From Candidatus Obscuribacterales bacterium (GTDB lineage: Bacteria > Cyanobacteriota > Vampirovibrionia > Obscuribacterales > Obscuribacteraceae), in the NCBI GenBank assembly GCA_020050685.1, contig JAGVKG010000065.1, forward strand, positions 17,984 through 81,983: a stretch of 64,000 bases of DNA, written 5' to 3'. The position numbers and the translations under genes were made by a program. Positions 40,189-50,343 of this stretch are shown here, piece by piece. Under the pieces are notes generated by a model. That model saw only the letters and a list, made by a program, of their open reading frames with translations, ran no database searches and was not told the DNA's origin. Each line of letters opens with the position of its first letter. The first letter of the stretch is position 1.

Positions 40189-41192
40189 TTCTTTACCGCT
40201 GCCGCAACTTTGCTGGGAACGACGACACAACGTGCGAAATGATCTTTTGCTTTCTCTTCCAGAGGCGGAATTTCTGGCAAGCAGCGCGGTTCTACTAATG
40301 GACAACGCGCAGCAAATCTGCAACCTGATGGCAAATCAATCAGGCTTGGCGGTTGACCGTCAATTGGCGTCAAGCGCGTCGAACCAGGGCGGGGAATCGA
40401 ATTCATCAGTCCTTGTGTATAAGGATGCTTGGGGTTTTTAAATAATTCGCCAACCGATGTGTATTCAACAATTGACCCTGCATACATCACGCCAACTGAA
40501 TCGCACATTTCTGCCACCACACCCAGGTCGTGAGTGATTAGCATGATCGCCATGTGTTGTTCTTTTTGAATACTGCGCAAGAGATCGAGAATTTGTGCTT
40601 GCACGGTCACATCAAGCGCTGTTGTCGGTTCGTCAGCAATTAAAAGATCCGGCTGGCAAGAAAGAGCCATGGCAATCATCACACGTTGGCGCATGCCACC
40701 AGAAAATTGGTGCGGATAATCGTCAATGCGATTTTTGGACTGCGGAATGCGCACGCGATCCAAAACTTCAATGGCGCGATTGCGTGCTTCCTTATGCGAG
40801 ACTTTCTGGTGCAATTCAATTGCTTCAATAATTTGATGCCCAATGGTGTAAACCGGATTGAGCGAAGTCATTGGATCTTGCGGAATTAAAGCAATGCGAT
40901 TGCCGCGAATATCGCGCATCTTCGATTCCGGCAAATCAAGCAAATTCTGTCCATCAAAAATAACTTTACCCGCGGTGACTCGACCAGGCGGCGGAATCAA
41001 GCGCAAGACCGAAAGCGAAGTAATTGACTTACCGCACCCCGATTCACCGACGATGCCAAGAACTTTCCCCTTCTCAATTGAAATGCTCAAATCATCCACA
41101 GCCTTGGCCGCACCGAACTCGGTGTCGAAGACTGTCGATAGATTTTGAATGTCAAGTAGAGGCATGGCAACCAATGAAGATGAATCTGCCAC
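40185..41192 (-). CDS. Oligopeptide/dipeptide-type ABC transporter ATP-binding protein (OppD/DppD-like), orphan
   Basis: Walker A GESGCGKS, signature FSGGMRQR, Walker [13 protein letters not shown], and the Opp-type C-terminal extension with [14 protein letters not shown]. No permease, OppF or binding-protein gene is adjacent. Confidence 0.8.
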   Translation of the reverse strand: MADSSSLVAMPLLDIQNLSTVFDTEFGAAKAVDDLSISIEKGKVLGIVGESGCGKSITSLSVLRLIPPPGRVTAGKVIFDGQNLLDLPESKMRDIRGNRIALIPQDPMTSLNPVYTIGHQIIEAIELHQKVSHKEARNRAIEVLDRVRIPQSKNRIDDYPHQFSGGMRQRVMIAMALSCQPDLLIADEPTTALDVTVQAQILDLLRSIQKEQHMAIMLITHDLGVVAEMCDSVGVMYAGSIVEYTSVGELFKNPKHPYTQGLMNSIPRPGSTRLTPIDGQPPSLIDLPSGCRFAARCPLVEPRCLPEIPPLEEKAKDHFARCVVVPSKVAAAVKK

Positions 41193-41217
41193 ACTATTCT
41201 ACTATTTTGAAACTGAT

Positions 41218-41487
41218 TCAATCCCTATTTTCTAGAGAGTGGAGCAGGCTTTCTCGCACCATCAACAAGCAGCCGAAGCTGACGGCCAATCCTGTGATAA
41301 AGGATAGCGGTCGGTCGTGCGTGCACCAAGAGCCGAATTGATATAGACCGATGAAGACAATGGTGGCCGCGATGAAGCCACCTGCCAGTGCAAGAGTATT
41401 GTTGTAATCGCTTTGTTTGCTCGGCGACTCACTTTGTCGCCTCGTGGCACCGCTGCTTTTTTGATGCTCGCGTTTCTGATCGTTCAT
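41218..41487 (-). CDS. Small hypothetical membrane protein (two hydrophobic segments)
   Basis: ORF sits 5 nt downstream of the permease gene on the same strand. Hydrophobic segments are LALAGGFIAATIVFIGLY and ITGLAVSFGCLLMV. Confidence 0.4.
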   Translation of the reverse strand: MNDQKREHQKSSGATRRQSESPSKQSDYNNTLALAGGFIAATIVFIGLYQFGSWCTHDRPLSFITGLAVSFGCLLMVRESLLHSLENRD

Positions 41488-41492
41488 GGCAT

Positions 41493-43418
41493 TTATCCAA
41501 CAATAATTTTGGGACGCCTTTCTGGGTCGACTTCCAATTCGCGCAGAATTTCTCTAGTGACTGGTGCCGTTTCGCCCTCGCCAAGAAAAATATATTTGAA
41601 TACGTAACTGAGCGGATGCCCTTCAGTCCATCCAAAGTAAGCATGCGGTATTGTCTTTGTCGTCTTTCGCAGGTGAAGCAATAGAGCGGCTATGGCGTTT
41701 GGTATGGCAGGACTTTCGCACTGAAAAATGTGGAAGCCATCAATTTCTTTGCCCGACACTTCTAAACAATCATCACCAAATTCGGAAGGATCACTCAAGC
41801 TGACCTCGAGGAAAATAAATGAGGCTTCGTCGGCAGTAACCTTATGTACTTCGCGTGTTTCTCTTTCTTTTAGCTCGTAGTCCGTTCCATCAGGACGGTG
41901 AGCGAGGAGGCAGATCTGACCATGCTTATCCAATATTTCTTGCACAAAACTTTCCGCTTTTTCATCAAGTCTTACATCGAAAATCCTCAGTTCGAGCGAT
42001 CGTAAGGCGCGTGAGACTATCGATGTAATCAGTATTGCGCCAATGAAGAACGAAGCAATGTGCAAACCTTCTGGCCTTTCAATCATGTTTGCAATTGATG
42101 TATAAATGAATACCAATAAAATCGGGACGAACAAAAGTCGCTTTCTTATCCCTTCCTTCCACGTGGAGAGCGTGACGGCAAGGGCTGCAGACATGAAGAG
42201 CACCAAGACGCCGGTTGCATAAGCACCGGCTTGTGCATCGACGTCGGCCTTAAATATCCATGTGACTGCAAAAGTAATGAGAGCAAAAATTACGACCAAT
42301 GGTCTTTGTGCTTGTGCCCAATCCGGAGCCATACCGAAGCGCGGTAAGTAGCGCGGGACAAGATTGAGCAATCCAGCCATGGCCGATGCACCAGCAAACC
42401 AGAGGATCAATATTGTGCTGATGTCGTATACGGTGCCGAGACCTTCGCCAAAGAAATTGTGAGCCAGATAAGCTAGTGCTCTTCCATTAGCTGCACCACC
42501 TTCATTGAATTGAGCCTCGGGGATGAGCAGAGTCGTGACCATGCTGCTAGCAAGTAAGGCCACAGCCATGATCAAAGCAGCTGTTAGTAAAAGTTTTTGA
42601 GCATTTCTGATTCTTCCTGCAGGCTTGAGGGGATCATCGTCAGGATCACCTTTCACAAGAGGCATGACTGCTACGCCTGTTTCAAAACCGGACATACCGA
42701 GGGCAAGTTTGGGAAAAAGCAAAAGGGAAAGACCGATCATATTCGGTATGGAATGATGTACAGTAAATAATTTAGCCTGCCAATTTGCTAGTACTGCTGG
42801 ATGGGCCAGTATTTCCATTACCGACTTTGCCACCACGACAACATTGCAGACAAGATAAGCGCCGACGATTAATACAGAAAGACCGATTGCTTCTCGATAG
42901 CCTTTGAGAAAGACGCCTCCGAGAATGGCCAGCATGAAAAGTGTGATACCAATGCGGTTGTCTAACCAAAGTGGCGTAATCGGGTTTTCTATTATGTGAG
43001 CCGTAGCGTCTGCTGCGGAAAGCGTAATTGTGATCACAAAGTCAGTCGCGGCAAAACCAAGCAAAATGAGAATGAGAGTCTTGCCGCGCCAACCGGGCAG
43101 CAAGTTCTCAAGCATGGCGATGCTTCCCTGTCCGTTAGGACTTTCCTGAGCGACGCGTGAATAAAGTGGAACCAGGCCGAAGAGCGTGACAATTACGACA
43201 ATTAAGGTGGCAAGCGGAGAGAGCAGCCCGGCTGCAAGAAATGCTATGCCTGGTTGATATCCAAGCGTAGAAAAATAGTCTACGCCTGTCAAACACATCA
43301 CCTTCCACCAAGAGTCTTGGTGATCCGGTGTTGAATTTGGATGTTTACGAGATCCTTCAAAAAACCATCGACGGAATCGATTTCTTACTGTCGCCGATAG
43401 GCGATCTGTGGTGGTCAC
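41493..43418 (-). CDS. APC-superfamily-like permease (about 12 TM segments) with a C-terminal soluble domain of about 170 aa
   Basis: Many hydrophobic segments across the first 460 aa or so, then a charged soluble C-terminus. GTG start. Substrate unknown, and the family assignment is tentative. Confidence 0.5.
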   Translation of the reverse strand: MTTTDRLSATVRNRFRRWFFEGSRKHPNSTPDHQDSWWKVMCLTGVDYFSTLGYQPGIAFLAAGLLSPLATLIVVIVTLFGLVPLYSRVAQESPNGQGSIAMLENLLPGWRGKTLILILLGFAATDFVITITLSAADATAHIIENPITPLWLDNRIGITLFMLAILGGVFLKGYREAIGLSVLIVGAYLVCNVVVVAKSVMEILAHPAVLANWQAKLFTVHHSIPNMIGLSLLLFPKLALGMSGFETGVAVMPLVKGDPDDDPLKPAGRIRNAQKLLLTAALIMAVALLASSMVTTLLIPEAQFNEGGAANGRALAYLAHNFFGEGLGTVYDISTILILWFAGASAMAGLLNLVPRYLPRFGMAPDWAQAQRPLVVIFALITFAVTWIFKADVDAQAGAYATGVLVLFMSAALAVTLSTWKEGIRKRLLFVPILLVFIYTSIANMIERPEGLHIASFFIGAILITSIVSRALRSLELRIFDVRLDEKAESFVQEILDKHGQICLLAHRPDGTDYELKERETREVHKVTADEASFIFLEVSLSDPSEFGDDCLEVSGKEIDGFHIFQCESPAIPNAIAALLLHLRKTTKTIPHAYFGWTEGHPLSYVFKYIFLGEGETAPVTREILRELEVDPERRPKIIVG

Positions 43419-43545
43419 TTATGCTCCCAGTTGCATGACTGCGGCGCCAAAGTACGCGCCCTCTGCCCATAGCCTTATACGGGCATTTAACAATATCTGT
43501 CGTCAAGGAAGCATCAACAGCAAAGCTTTTGACATCAAGAAAGTA

Positions 43546-44244
43546 TCAAGACGCGTTGTCTTCGTCTGCCAGGAAGCGATAGCCGATGCGCGGTTCTGTG
43601 CGAATGAAGTGGGGGCGCGCCGGATCAGCCTCAAGCTTATTGCGTAAATTGGCCACGTGCACGCGCAAAGTGTGCGTGTCGTCGGCAAATTCAGCGCCCC
43701 AAACTTTGGAGAGGAGCTGGCGATGTGTGATGACTCGATTTCTGTAGTGAATCATGCATGTGAGAAGATCATATTCCTTGGGTGTTAAATGAATTTCAGA
43801 ACCAGCCAATCGTACTTGGCGATGGACATAATCAACTTCGAGATCTCCTGCGGTAAAAACAGGTTGATTGCTATCTTCTTCATTGTTTGCCAAGCGTCTG
43901 AGGACTGCACGCATGCGAGCTAAAAGTTCGCCTACGCCAAACGGTTTTGTCAAAAAGTCGTCCGCACCAAGATCGAGCGCCATGATCTTATCTTCTTCGC
44001 TGTCTCTCACCGAAAGAACTATGATTGGTATTTTAGTCCACTTCCGAAGTTCTCGGCAAACACCGAAGCCATCCGTACCGGGCATTGCTAAGTCTAAGAT
44101 GACGAGATCTGGTGGTTGTTGCGCTGCTAAGTTCAATCCTTCTTCGCCTGATGCTGCTGCTAAGACCGTATAGCCGGCACGTTCCAAACCAGCTCTCAGT
44201 GCCCGTATGATTTGCGGTTCATCATCAACTATTAGGACTCGCAT
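43546..44244 (-). CDS. kdpE: OmpR-family response regulator, KdpE-like
   Basis: Receiver domain (MRVLIVDDE, DLVILDLAMPG, KPFG). The winged-helix region has KdpE-like strings VLSVRDSEEDKIMALDLGADDFLTKPFGVGELLARMRAVLRR and RQLLSKVWG..LRNKLEADPARPHFIRTEPRIGYRF. Confidence 0.7.
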   Translation of the reverse strand: MRVLIVDDEPQIIRALRAGLERAGYTVLAAASGEEGLNLAAQQPPDLVILDLAMPGTDGFGVCRELRKWTKIPIIVLSVRDSEEDKIMALDLGADDFLTKPFGVGELLARMRAVLRRLANNEEDSNQPVFTAGDLEVDYVHRQVRLAGSEIHLTPKEYDLLTCMIHYRNRVITHRQLLSKVWGAEFADDTHTLRVHVANLRNKLEADPARPHFIRTEPRIGYRFLADEDNAS

Positions 44245-45737
44245 AAAGTAGCGCTCCTGTTTGGTACTGCTGGTTGCAATGGAAGAGTAATTGAAAAAAC
44301 TGCTCCACCTTCGGCTCTGTTTTCGGCAGTCAAATTGCCACCATGTGCTTCAACCAGACCACGGCAAACAGCCAAGCCAATACCGACACCTGGTACGGAA
44401 CTTTCTTGCAATCCCGTGCCACGAAAAAATGGTTCAAAGATGTGTGGCAATTCCTCTTCTGAAATTCCGCGACCTCGATCCAGCACTTTGATTTTAACCT
44501 CACTATGTTCCATGGTTGTCTCAACATGCACCATTGAATCAGGCGGCGAATATTTTAGAGCATTTTCAACCAGGTTTTTTAGAACTTGGACAATTTGAAC
44601 AGTGTCCACATTTATTTCATTCAGCTTGTCATCGAGTTTCACAACTATGCGTTTGTTCTGCTCTGAGCTAAATGGGCTGAGAGCCATGCCGATCAATTCA
44701 GAGACTTGCACAGATTCATATTTCGGTTTCCATGCGCCTGCTTCCAATCGCGATAAATCAAGGATGTTTCCGACGATGCGATTCAAACGATCCGTCTCTT
44801 GCTCAATAGTCTGATAAAGTCCTCGTTTTGTTTCATGCTCCAAAGGTTTTCCTTCGCCGAGCAAAGTGGACACCGATGCTTTTATTGACGTCAGCGGACT
44901 GCGGAAATCATGAGAGATCATGGACAATAACGCTGTCTTGAGCTTGTCTGCATCGGCTAAGGCTTGTGCTCTAGTCTGAATTTGCATGAACCCATCTTTC
45001 TGCAAAATCACGGCCGCGTGATTCAAAAGTGTTTGCACTGTGCGCTTCTGCGCGGCTGTCAATGAATTGCCAGAGGAAAGTGTGATAAACAAGTTTCCAA
45101 ATGTGGTGTCATTCATTTCGATAGGCAAGATGATGCCATCTGTAAGTGAGTCGACATTCTGTTTCCCAGCAATTGCTGTGAAACTTTCACTTGTATTGGC
45201 AGGATAGACTGCCACCACTTTCCGCATTCCGTCTTGATGAACAACAACTGCGGCAGCTTCCAGCTCTATGACTTTGTCTATCTGTTTAACAACTTCGTTC
45301 AAAGCGGACTTGGTGTCAAGCTTAGATGCAATTGCCCAACTTGCTTCCGACAGCGCAGTTGCTTCTTTCTGCCGCTCGTGCGCTTCAGAGGCGCGCACTT
45401 TCAGCAAAGCCATCAATTGCCCTGTAACAATGGCAGTGAGAAGGAACATGGACAAAGTTATCCATTCGCTTGGCTCTTGCACCGTAAATGTATAGCGCGG
45501 CGTGACAAAAAACCAATTGAAAGCTAAAAAGGATGAAACCGATGCCCAGACTGCAGCCGTTCGTCCGGACAAAACAGCCGCGACGATAACAATCAACAAG
45601 TAAAGAATCGGAACGCTCGCTTTGCTAGCTTCCAAATTCCACGCCGAAATTATCCAAGTGAGCAGTCCGACGCCAACCGTCGCCACCACACAATGGACGG
45701 CTCGTTCCCAAAACCTTGAGCCCTTTTTTGCTGTCAC
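44232..45737 (-). CDS. kdpD: Sensor histidine kinase, KdpD C-terminal type (DUF4118 membrane domain, linker, HisKA, HATPase); lacks the N-terminal KdpD/Usp sensor domains
   Basis: DUF4118-like TM block with AFNWFFVTPRYTFTV, H-box ISHDFRSPLTSI, N/G boxes NLVENALKYS and GVGIGLAVCRGLVEAHGG. Overlaps kdpE by 13 nt. Confidence 0.7.
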   Translation of the reverse strand: MTAKKGSRFWERAVHCVVATVGVGLLTWIISAWNLEASKASVPILYLLIVIVAAVLSGRTAAVWASVSSFLAFNWFFVTPRYTFTVQEPSEWITLSMFLLTAIVTGQLMALLKVRASEAHERQKEATALSEASWAIASKLDTKSALNEVVKQIDKVIELEAAAVVVHQDGMRKVVAVYPANTSESFTAIAGKQNVDSLTDGIILPIEMNDTTFGNLFITLSSGNSLTAAQKRTVQTLLNHAAVILQKDGFMQIQTRAQALADADKLKTALLSMISHDFRSPLTSIKASVSTLLGEGKPLEHETKRGLYQTIEQETDRLNRIVGNILDLSRLEAGAWKPKYESVQVSELIGMALSPFSSEQNKRIVVKLDDKLNEINVDTVQIVQVLKNLVENALKYSPPDSMVHVETTMEHSEVKIKVLDRGRGISEEELPHIFEPFFRGTGLQESSVPGVGIGLAVCRGLVEAHGGNLTAENRAEGGAVFSITLPLQPAVPNRSATLCES

Positions 45738-46015
45738 TGTTTTTCTGCCTGGATCATCTGAACCTATATATAGGATTCAATTCTTCGCTCTCTCGATGTC
45801 AAGCGTTTTGCTGGCACATCATTAGACCCTGCTTTCAGTCAGCTCGCGAAGACGTCAAATATTACCACTGCTTGTCTTGCGTTTACAGTCTGTTTTCTAT
45901 AGTTCAGACTAATATGCTATCCGGACAAACTCGAAAGTTTGAATGCCGGGTACATAATAGTATTCGTATCGGTTGCAGCGATAAAATTAGTTTGGAGCAA
46001 TGATACGGCTCTTTG

Positions 46016-46315
46016 TTAGTCCGTAGGTTGCTCTGTTGGATTGGTAATCTTGGCGATGATGAACTTCTCAACGAAGAGTTTGAATGTGAAGAAGGAAACT
46101 GGCAAGCCGATTAGGCCAACTACGGTCTGAAGAAGGACAACATTTTGGCGTACGATGTTTTGCACTTCAGTGGTGGGGCGTCCTTGCATGGCTACCATAA
46201 TTCCAACAAACACGCCGATGATCGCTCCAAGAATGGTGGCGAAAATTGTCATTACCACTACATGGCAAACCCATGCTTTTAGATAGTCGGTGTACTTAAG
46301 TTCCTCTGACGGCAT
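46016..46315 (-). CDS. Small hypothetical membrane protein
   Basis: Two hydrophobic segments (VVVMTIFATILGAIIGVFVGIMV, LLQTVVGLIGLPVSFFTF). First ATG at 46315; the track ORF starts at TTG 46402. Confidence 0.4.
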   Translation of the reverse strand: MPSEELKYTDYLKAWVCHVVVMTIFATILGAIIGVFVGIMVAMQGRPTTEVQNIVRQNVVLLQTVVGLIGLPVSFFTFKLFVEKFIIAKITNPTEQPTD

Positions 46316-46483
46316 ACGGCATCTCCAATTTTGTTTACATTCGGTTTGCAATACTGAAGATACACTAGAATGTGCGCTCAGGTTGCTGCTTGGAAACACC
46401 AAGAGATAAAATTTGAAGCCTGCGCTGATGACCAGTGCGCAAGCTTCAAAAATTTGGGACTGTTAGTTATCTGTTTTGCTAAA

Positions 46484-47164
46484 TTAGTTAGCCGACGTTT
46501 GTGTCGCTGCTGAGAGCAAGAGTTCTTGTGATTGCTGACTCAGATCTGCAATTTCTTTCACAAGATTTTTCATACTGACGAGAAATGGTTTGAAGTGATG
46601 TGAGCGCATGTCTGTGTACACTTTGTCATATGCCATCTTGCGTACCAAGATATTGTAGACTCCCACCATCATGCCTGTACGGTCAGCACCTTGGCGGCAG
46701 TGCACGAAGCATGGTTGATTTTCGGGATTATTCACTACTTGTAAAAACTTTACGACAGTTGGAATTGGTGGTGCACCAAACAATAACGGAATATGTACAT
46801 AGTTCAGACCGAGCTTCTTTGCCAATGCTTCTTCTTTTTTTGTGCTGCCACCCTCGGCACGCAAATTGATGATTGTTTTCACGCCGCTGTCTTTCAATTG
46901 TTGCATTGCTTTTGCTGATGGTTGCCCACCGCGAAAAAGAATTGGCGAGACCTGTGCGAAATTTGAAATTGCTGGTTTAGTGGCTTTGGTCTCGGTTGTT
47001 TTAGCTTTAACCTCAGTAACTGTTGCTGTTTGTGCAGCAGGAGCTTGCGGATTATTTTGCGTATCAATTGCAAGCACCGCATTCGGTATCATGCTGACAA
47101 AGCTGGCAAAAATAAGAGCAGTTACAAGCAATTGCTTGCGAAAAAATGACGTCACACTAAGCAT
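46484..47164 (-). CDS. Secreted/periplasmic protein-tyrosine/dual-specificity-type phosphatase (CX5R)
   Basis: Active-site loop HCRQGADRTG, an N-terminal signal-like segment LLVTALIFASFVSMIPNAVLA, and GGGGGA about 7 nt upstream of the ATG. Confidence 0.7.
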   Translation of the reverse strand: MLSVTSFFRKQLLVTALIFASFVSMIPNAVLAIDTQNNPQAPAAQTATVTEVKAKTTETKATKPAISNFAQVSPILFRGGQPSAKAMQQLKDSGVKTIINLRAEGGSTKKEEALAKKLGLNYVHIPLLFGAPPIPTVVKFLQVVNNPENQPCFVHCRQGADRTGMMVGVYNILVRKMAYDKVYTDMRSHHFKPFLVSMKNLVKEIADLSQQSQELLLSAATQTSAN

Positions 47165-47636
47165 CTAGTGGTCCCCCGTGGCGTTGCGAAATAATATCAC
47201 CCCTTGTTAAGGCAAACAAGGACGGAATCCACGTAGTGCTGAAATATTTAACCTTAAGTACAGCGTGCCGCATGAATGGAAGCCTTTCCCGGGGCGTGAC
47301 AAAACAGCGGCCATTTGATGAAACCCGCTTAGACGACAAAATGTCGCCTTTAGTTAGTCATCTAAAGCCGCCTGATGCCCAACGCGCCGAGAATGCTGTC
47401 GCCGATTGCAGATCCAGTTATGCAATCCGTATCTACGGGGATGCAATATTCAGGATGCAATCTTTGACCGATCTGCCGCCATTCGCGTCAAACAGATTTC
47501 AGCATGGCAGATTCAAAAAAAAATTGCTTGTCTTTGAAGTGAAAAGTTGATTAAACATTGCACAGAACCTAGCTATGATGCGGGTTTCGTAAAAAGATTA
47601 AAATTTCGCGATGCTGTGGCGATCCCCAAAACGCTG

Positions 47637-49328
47637 TCAGGGTTGGGCTTTCGAGATGGCAAGTAATGTGCCGGAATTGCTCTCGGCATGAGCGCCGTAC
47701 GATGGTGTTAGCGAATCTTTGTCGCCACTGAAATACCTGAGCATGTAATTCTCGGCTGCTAATTGGGCGCGTTCATCGCTGGCATTTTGCATCAACAAAG
47801 TTGCTTGAAAAATTTGCACGGCCCGATCGCACCAATGCCGAGTCAAATACGATTCGTGCGCGGAAGAATTTGAACTCGTATCGCCTAACAATTCTTTGAG
47901 CTTTTGTTTCAATTCTTTTGTGGCATCGGAAATTTCCTGACAAACATTTGCACGTTCAACAAAATTGAAAAATGCTTCGTGGCATCCTTGTTTGATAATT
48001 GCCCGAATAGCGTCGAGCACCAAAATATTTGTCGTGCCTTCCCACACCGGCAACACTTGTGCGTCGCGATAAAAACGCGCCAGCGGCCAATCCTCAATGT
48101 AACCATTGCCACCATGCAGCTCAAGTGCTTCCGACGCCGAGCGCACTGCTAAACGTGCGCTGGAATATTTTGCCAGCGGCAACATCATGCGAAGCAAACC
48201 GGACTCTTCCTCAGTTGCTTCGCCTGCCAATTGTTTTCCGCGCCAATCAGAAATGGAGAAGATGAGATTCATCGCTGCTTCCAATTCCACTGCCATTTCC
48301 ACAAGCGTTGCTCTCACCAAAGGGCGACTGATTAACGGCTTACCAAATGTCGCGCGATTATTTGAATAAGCAAGCGACTCTGTCAGCACGCGCCGAACCA
48401 AACCAATGGATGCAACCGAATTGTAGAGACGCGAAAGACTAAGCATCTCTACCATATTGGCAAATCCAGAGGCAACGTCACCAACCAGTTCAGCAATTGC
48501 GCCATCGAAAATAATTTCTCCGGTCGGCATAGATCTGGTTCCGAGTTTGTCTTTCAATCTCTCGATGCGCAAATTATTCAGCGAACCATCTGGTTTGTGC
48601 CGCCGCAAAGCAAAAAGTGCCAAACCCTTGGTTCCTTTTTGCCTGCTTTCTTCCGGTCTGGCTAAAACCATCGCCAATTCCGCGCCGGCATTGCTGCAAA
48701 ACCACTTTTCGCCATAAAGAGCATACTGCCCGTTCGGCAAGCGTTTGGCTATTGTCTCGACCGCGCCGACATCCGAGCCACCCGCCTTCTCCGTCAAAAA
48801 CATCGCCCCTTCCCAGAGGCGGTCCAAATTGGTGGCAGTCAGGTGCGGCAAAAATTCTTGCTTTTGTTCGGTCGTGCCAAATTGGTCAATCAGAAACGCG
48901 GTTCCATCGGTCAGGCAAATCGGGCAATAAAGCCCCTGCTCAGCCTGGCTGAACAAATAGCCCTGTACAAACTTCACGCTCTCGGACTTGCACTTATCGA
49001 ACGATTCTTTGCCAGTGCCGTAGTAATTGCCGATGATGCCGCGCCCGTAGCTCAGCTCTTTCATCGCTGTGTAAGCGGGATGAAACTCAATTTCATCCAC
49101 GCGGCTGCCAAACTTGTCGCGTGCCAGCAATTGAGGCGGGTTTTTGTCCGCCAGGCTGGCAAGTTCGTCCAAAGGTCCGGCAGAAAATCGCCCCATATCG
49201 GCAAAAATGTGGGTGGCCTTGGGCAGCATCGGCTTGGGTAAAAGCCTTGTGACAATCGCCCTTAAAATCGGATCATCATCGTAACGATTTGCGCTCTGTG
49301 GAACTTGATTGAGCGTTTGTGATTGCAT
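47637..49328 (-). CDS. AidB-like acyl-CoA dehydrogenase family protein
   Basis: FLTEKAGGSDVGA and VWEGTTNILVLD motifs. A size of about 560 aa from the Met at 49328 matches AidB-type enzymes. The track ORF extends 44 codons further upstream. Confidence 0.75.
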   Translation of the reverse strand: MQSQTLNQVPQSANRYDDDPILRAIVTRLLPKPMLPKATHIFADMGRFSAGPLDELASLADKNPPQLLARDKFGSRVDEIEFHPAYTAMKELSYGRGIIGNYYGTGKESFDKCKSESVKFVQGYLFSQAEQGLYCPICLTDGTAFLIDQFGTTEQKQEFLPHLTATNLDRLWEGAMFLTEKAGGSDVGAVETIAKRLPNGQYALYGEKWFCSNAGAELAMVLARPEESRQKGTKGLALFALRRHKPDGSLNNLRIERLKDKLGTRSMPTGEIIFDGAIAELVGDVASGFANMVEMLSLSRLYNSVASIGLVRRVLTESLAYSNNRATFGKPLISRPLVRATLVEMAVELEAAMNLIFSISDWRGKQLAGEATEEESGLLRMMLPLAKYSSARLAVRSASEALELHGGNGYIEDWPLARFYRDAQVLPVWEGTTNILVLDAIRAIIKQGCHEAFFNFVERANVCQEISDATKELKQKLKELLGDTSSNSSAHESYLTRHWCDRAVQIFQATLLMQNASDERAQLAAENYMLRYFSGDKDSLTPSYGAHAESNSGTLLAISKAQP

Positions 49329-49487
49329 TGCCGCGCCTACTCCCCAACAAACTGACCACCAACATTCGGACGCCTTTATGAGATTATAGTAAATTTTCCC
49401 AAGCTTGACTTCTCGGTTCTGCCTGCCAAGCTGAATCGAAAGTCGAGTAAAATAGTGCATTCAACGTTTTCCCGCACGGCATAAGTT

Positions 49488-50021
49488 TTGCCCGTTTGGA
49501 TTGAACAAGACATGACTGCCATTGGCGAATCTTCTTCCACAGCGCAGGCAATGCCACGACAGGCAATGCCACGAGTAGTTTGGCTCGGGCTTATTATCGC
49601 CATTGTTTTGGATACGGGTGTGCAACTTTGTTGGAAGGGCGCGGTGCTCGCCGCCCCGGATAATGCCACATTTATTCAGACAATTTTGGCCACCGCCGCG
49701 CAGCCACTTTTCTGGGCAGCACTGGTAATGTATGGACTGCAGTTTCTCAATTGGATGCGTGTGCTTTCACATGCGGATTTGAGTTTCGCTCAACCAATCA
49801 CGGCACTTAGTTACGTATCGGTCGGCGCCTGTTCCATTATGTTTTTGCACGAGAGTATTACACCTGTGCGCGCGCTCGGCACGCTTTTGATTTTGCTTGG
49901 TGTTTGGTTTATTAGCCAGACCAGTCACAAAACTACGAACCTGCCAATTGGTGATGGTATCACGGGTGATGCTTCTCTCAATCTCAAAGAGATAGCACAG
50001 GAGGTTGCCGGTGGATACTAA
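49488..50021 (+). CDS. Small DMT/EamA-type half-transporter (ArnE/ArnF-like), subunit 1
   Basis: About four hydrophobic segments. The start is uncertain, with in-frame ATGs at 49488, 49512, 49551 and 49566. Confidence 0.5.
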   Translation: MPVWIEQDMTAIGESSSTAQAMPRQAMPRVVWLGLIIAIVLDTGVQLCWKGAVLAAPDNATFIQTILATAAQPLFWAALVMYGLQFLNWMRVLSHADLSFAQPITALSYVSVGACSIMFLHESITPVRALGTLLILLGVWFISQTSHKTTNLPIGDGITGDASLNLKEIAQEVAGGY

Positions 50022-50343
50022 ACTATTAGGAATTACTTTTGTCTTGTGCGCGGTGGTCATTGAAGCATTCGGACAAACACTTTTGAAGAAGGCGGCGGAA
50101 AGTCGTTCTGGTTATTTGAATGTTTACTCTTGCGCAGGACTTTTTTGTTTCGCGGTGGAAGCAGTAATTTGGACCTTGGCACTCAAATCGCTTGACGTGA
50201 GTGTTGCATATCCAATGGGCAGTCTGGCTTTTGTTGGCGTGCTTATGCTCTCGCGCTTCTGGCTGAAAGAAACTGTCAGTCTGAAAAGATGGGCAGGTGT
50301 GGTGCTGATTTTGTGTGGCACAGCAATGGTGGGATTGAATTGA
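50011..50343 (+). CDS. Small DMT/EamA-type half-transporter (ArnE/ArnF-like), subunit 2
   Basis: LGITFVLCAVVIEAFGQTLLKKAAE and VAYPMGSLAFVGVLMLSRFWLKETVSLKRWAGVVLILCGTAMVGL resemble 4-TM EamA/SMR-like proteins. AGGAGG at 49999..50004 favours the GTG at 50011; the track ORF starts at TTG 50005. Confidence 0.55.
   Translation: MDTKLLGITFVLCAVVIEAFGQTLLKKAAESRSGYLNVYSCAGLFCFAVEAVIWTLALKSLDVSVAYPMGSLAFVGVLMLSRFWLKETVSLKRWAGVVLILCGTAMVGLN

Noticed and set aside
40189-40323. A 45-codon N-terminal extension of the nnr ORF in the six-frame track
   Set aside because: The extension overlaps the 3' end of the OppD-like gene, is Arg/Cys/Ser-rich with no family similarity, and an ATG at 40188 gives the typical YjeF_N start with an ATGA overlap.
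47236-47550. A 104-aa plus-strand ORF in the 472-bp gap between the phosphatase and AidB-like genes; also examined for a riboswitch in the phosphatase 5' leader
   Set aside because: The ORF has no family resemblance or RBS and lies antisense to the likely 5' UTR of the phosphatase gene. Apart from a 7-bp hairpin (CCTTGTT/AACAAGG on the minus strand), I could not match any known riboswitch core by eye. A covariance-model scan would be needed.
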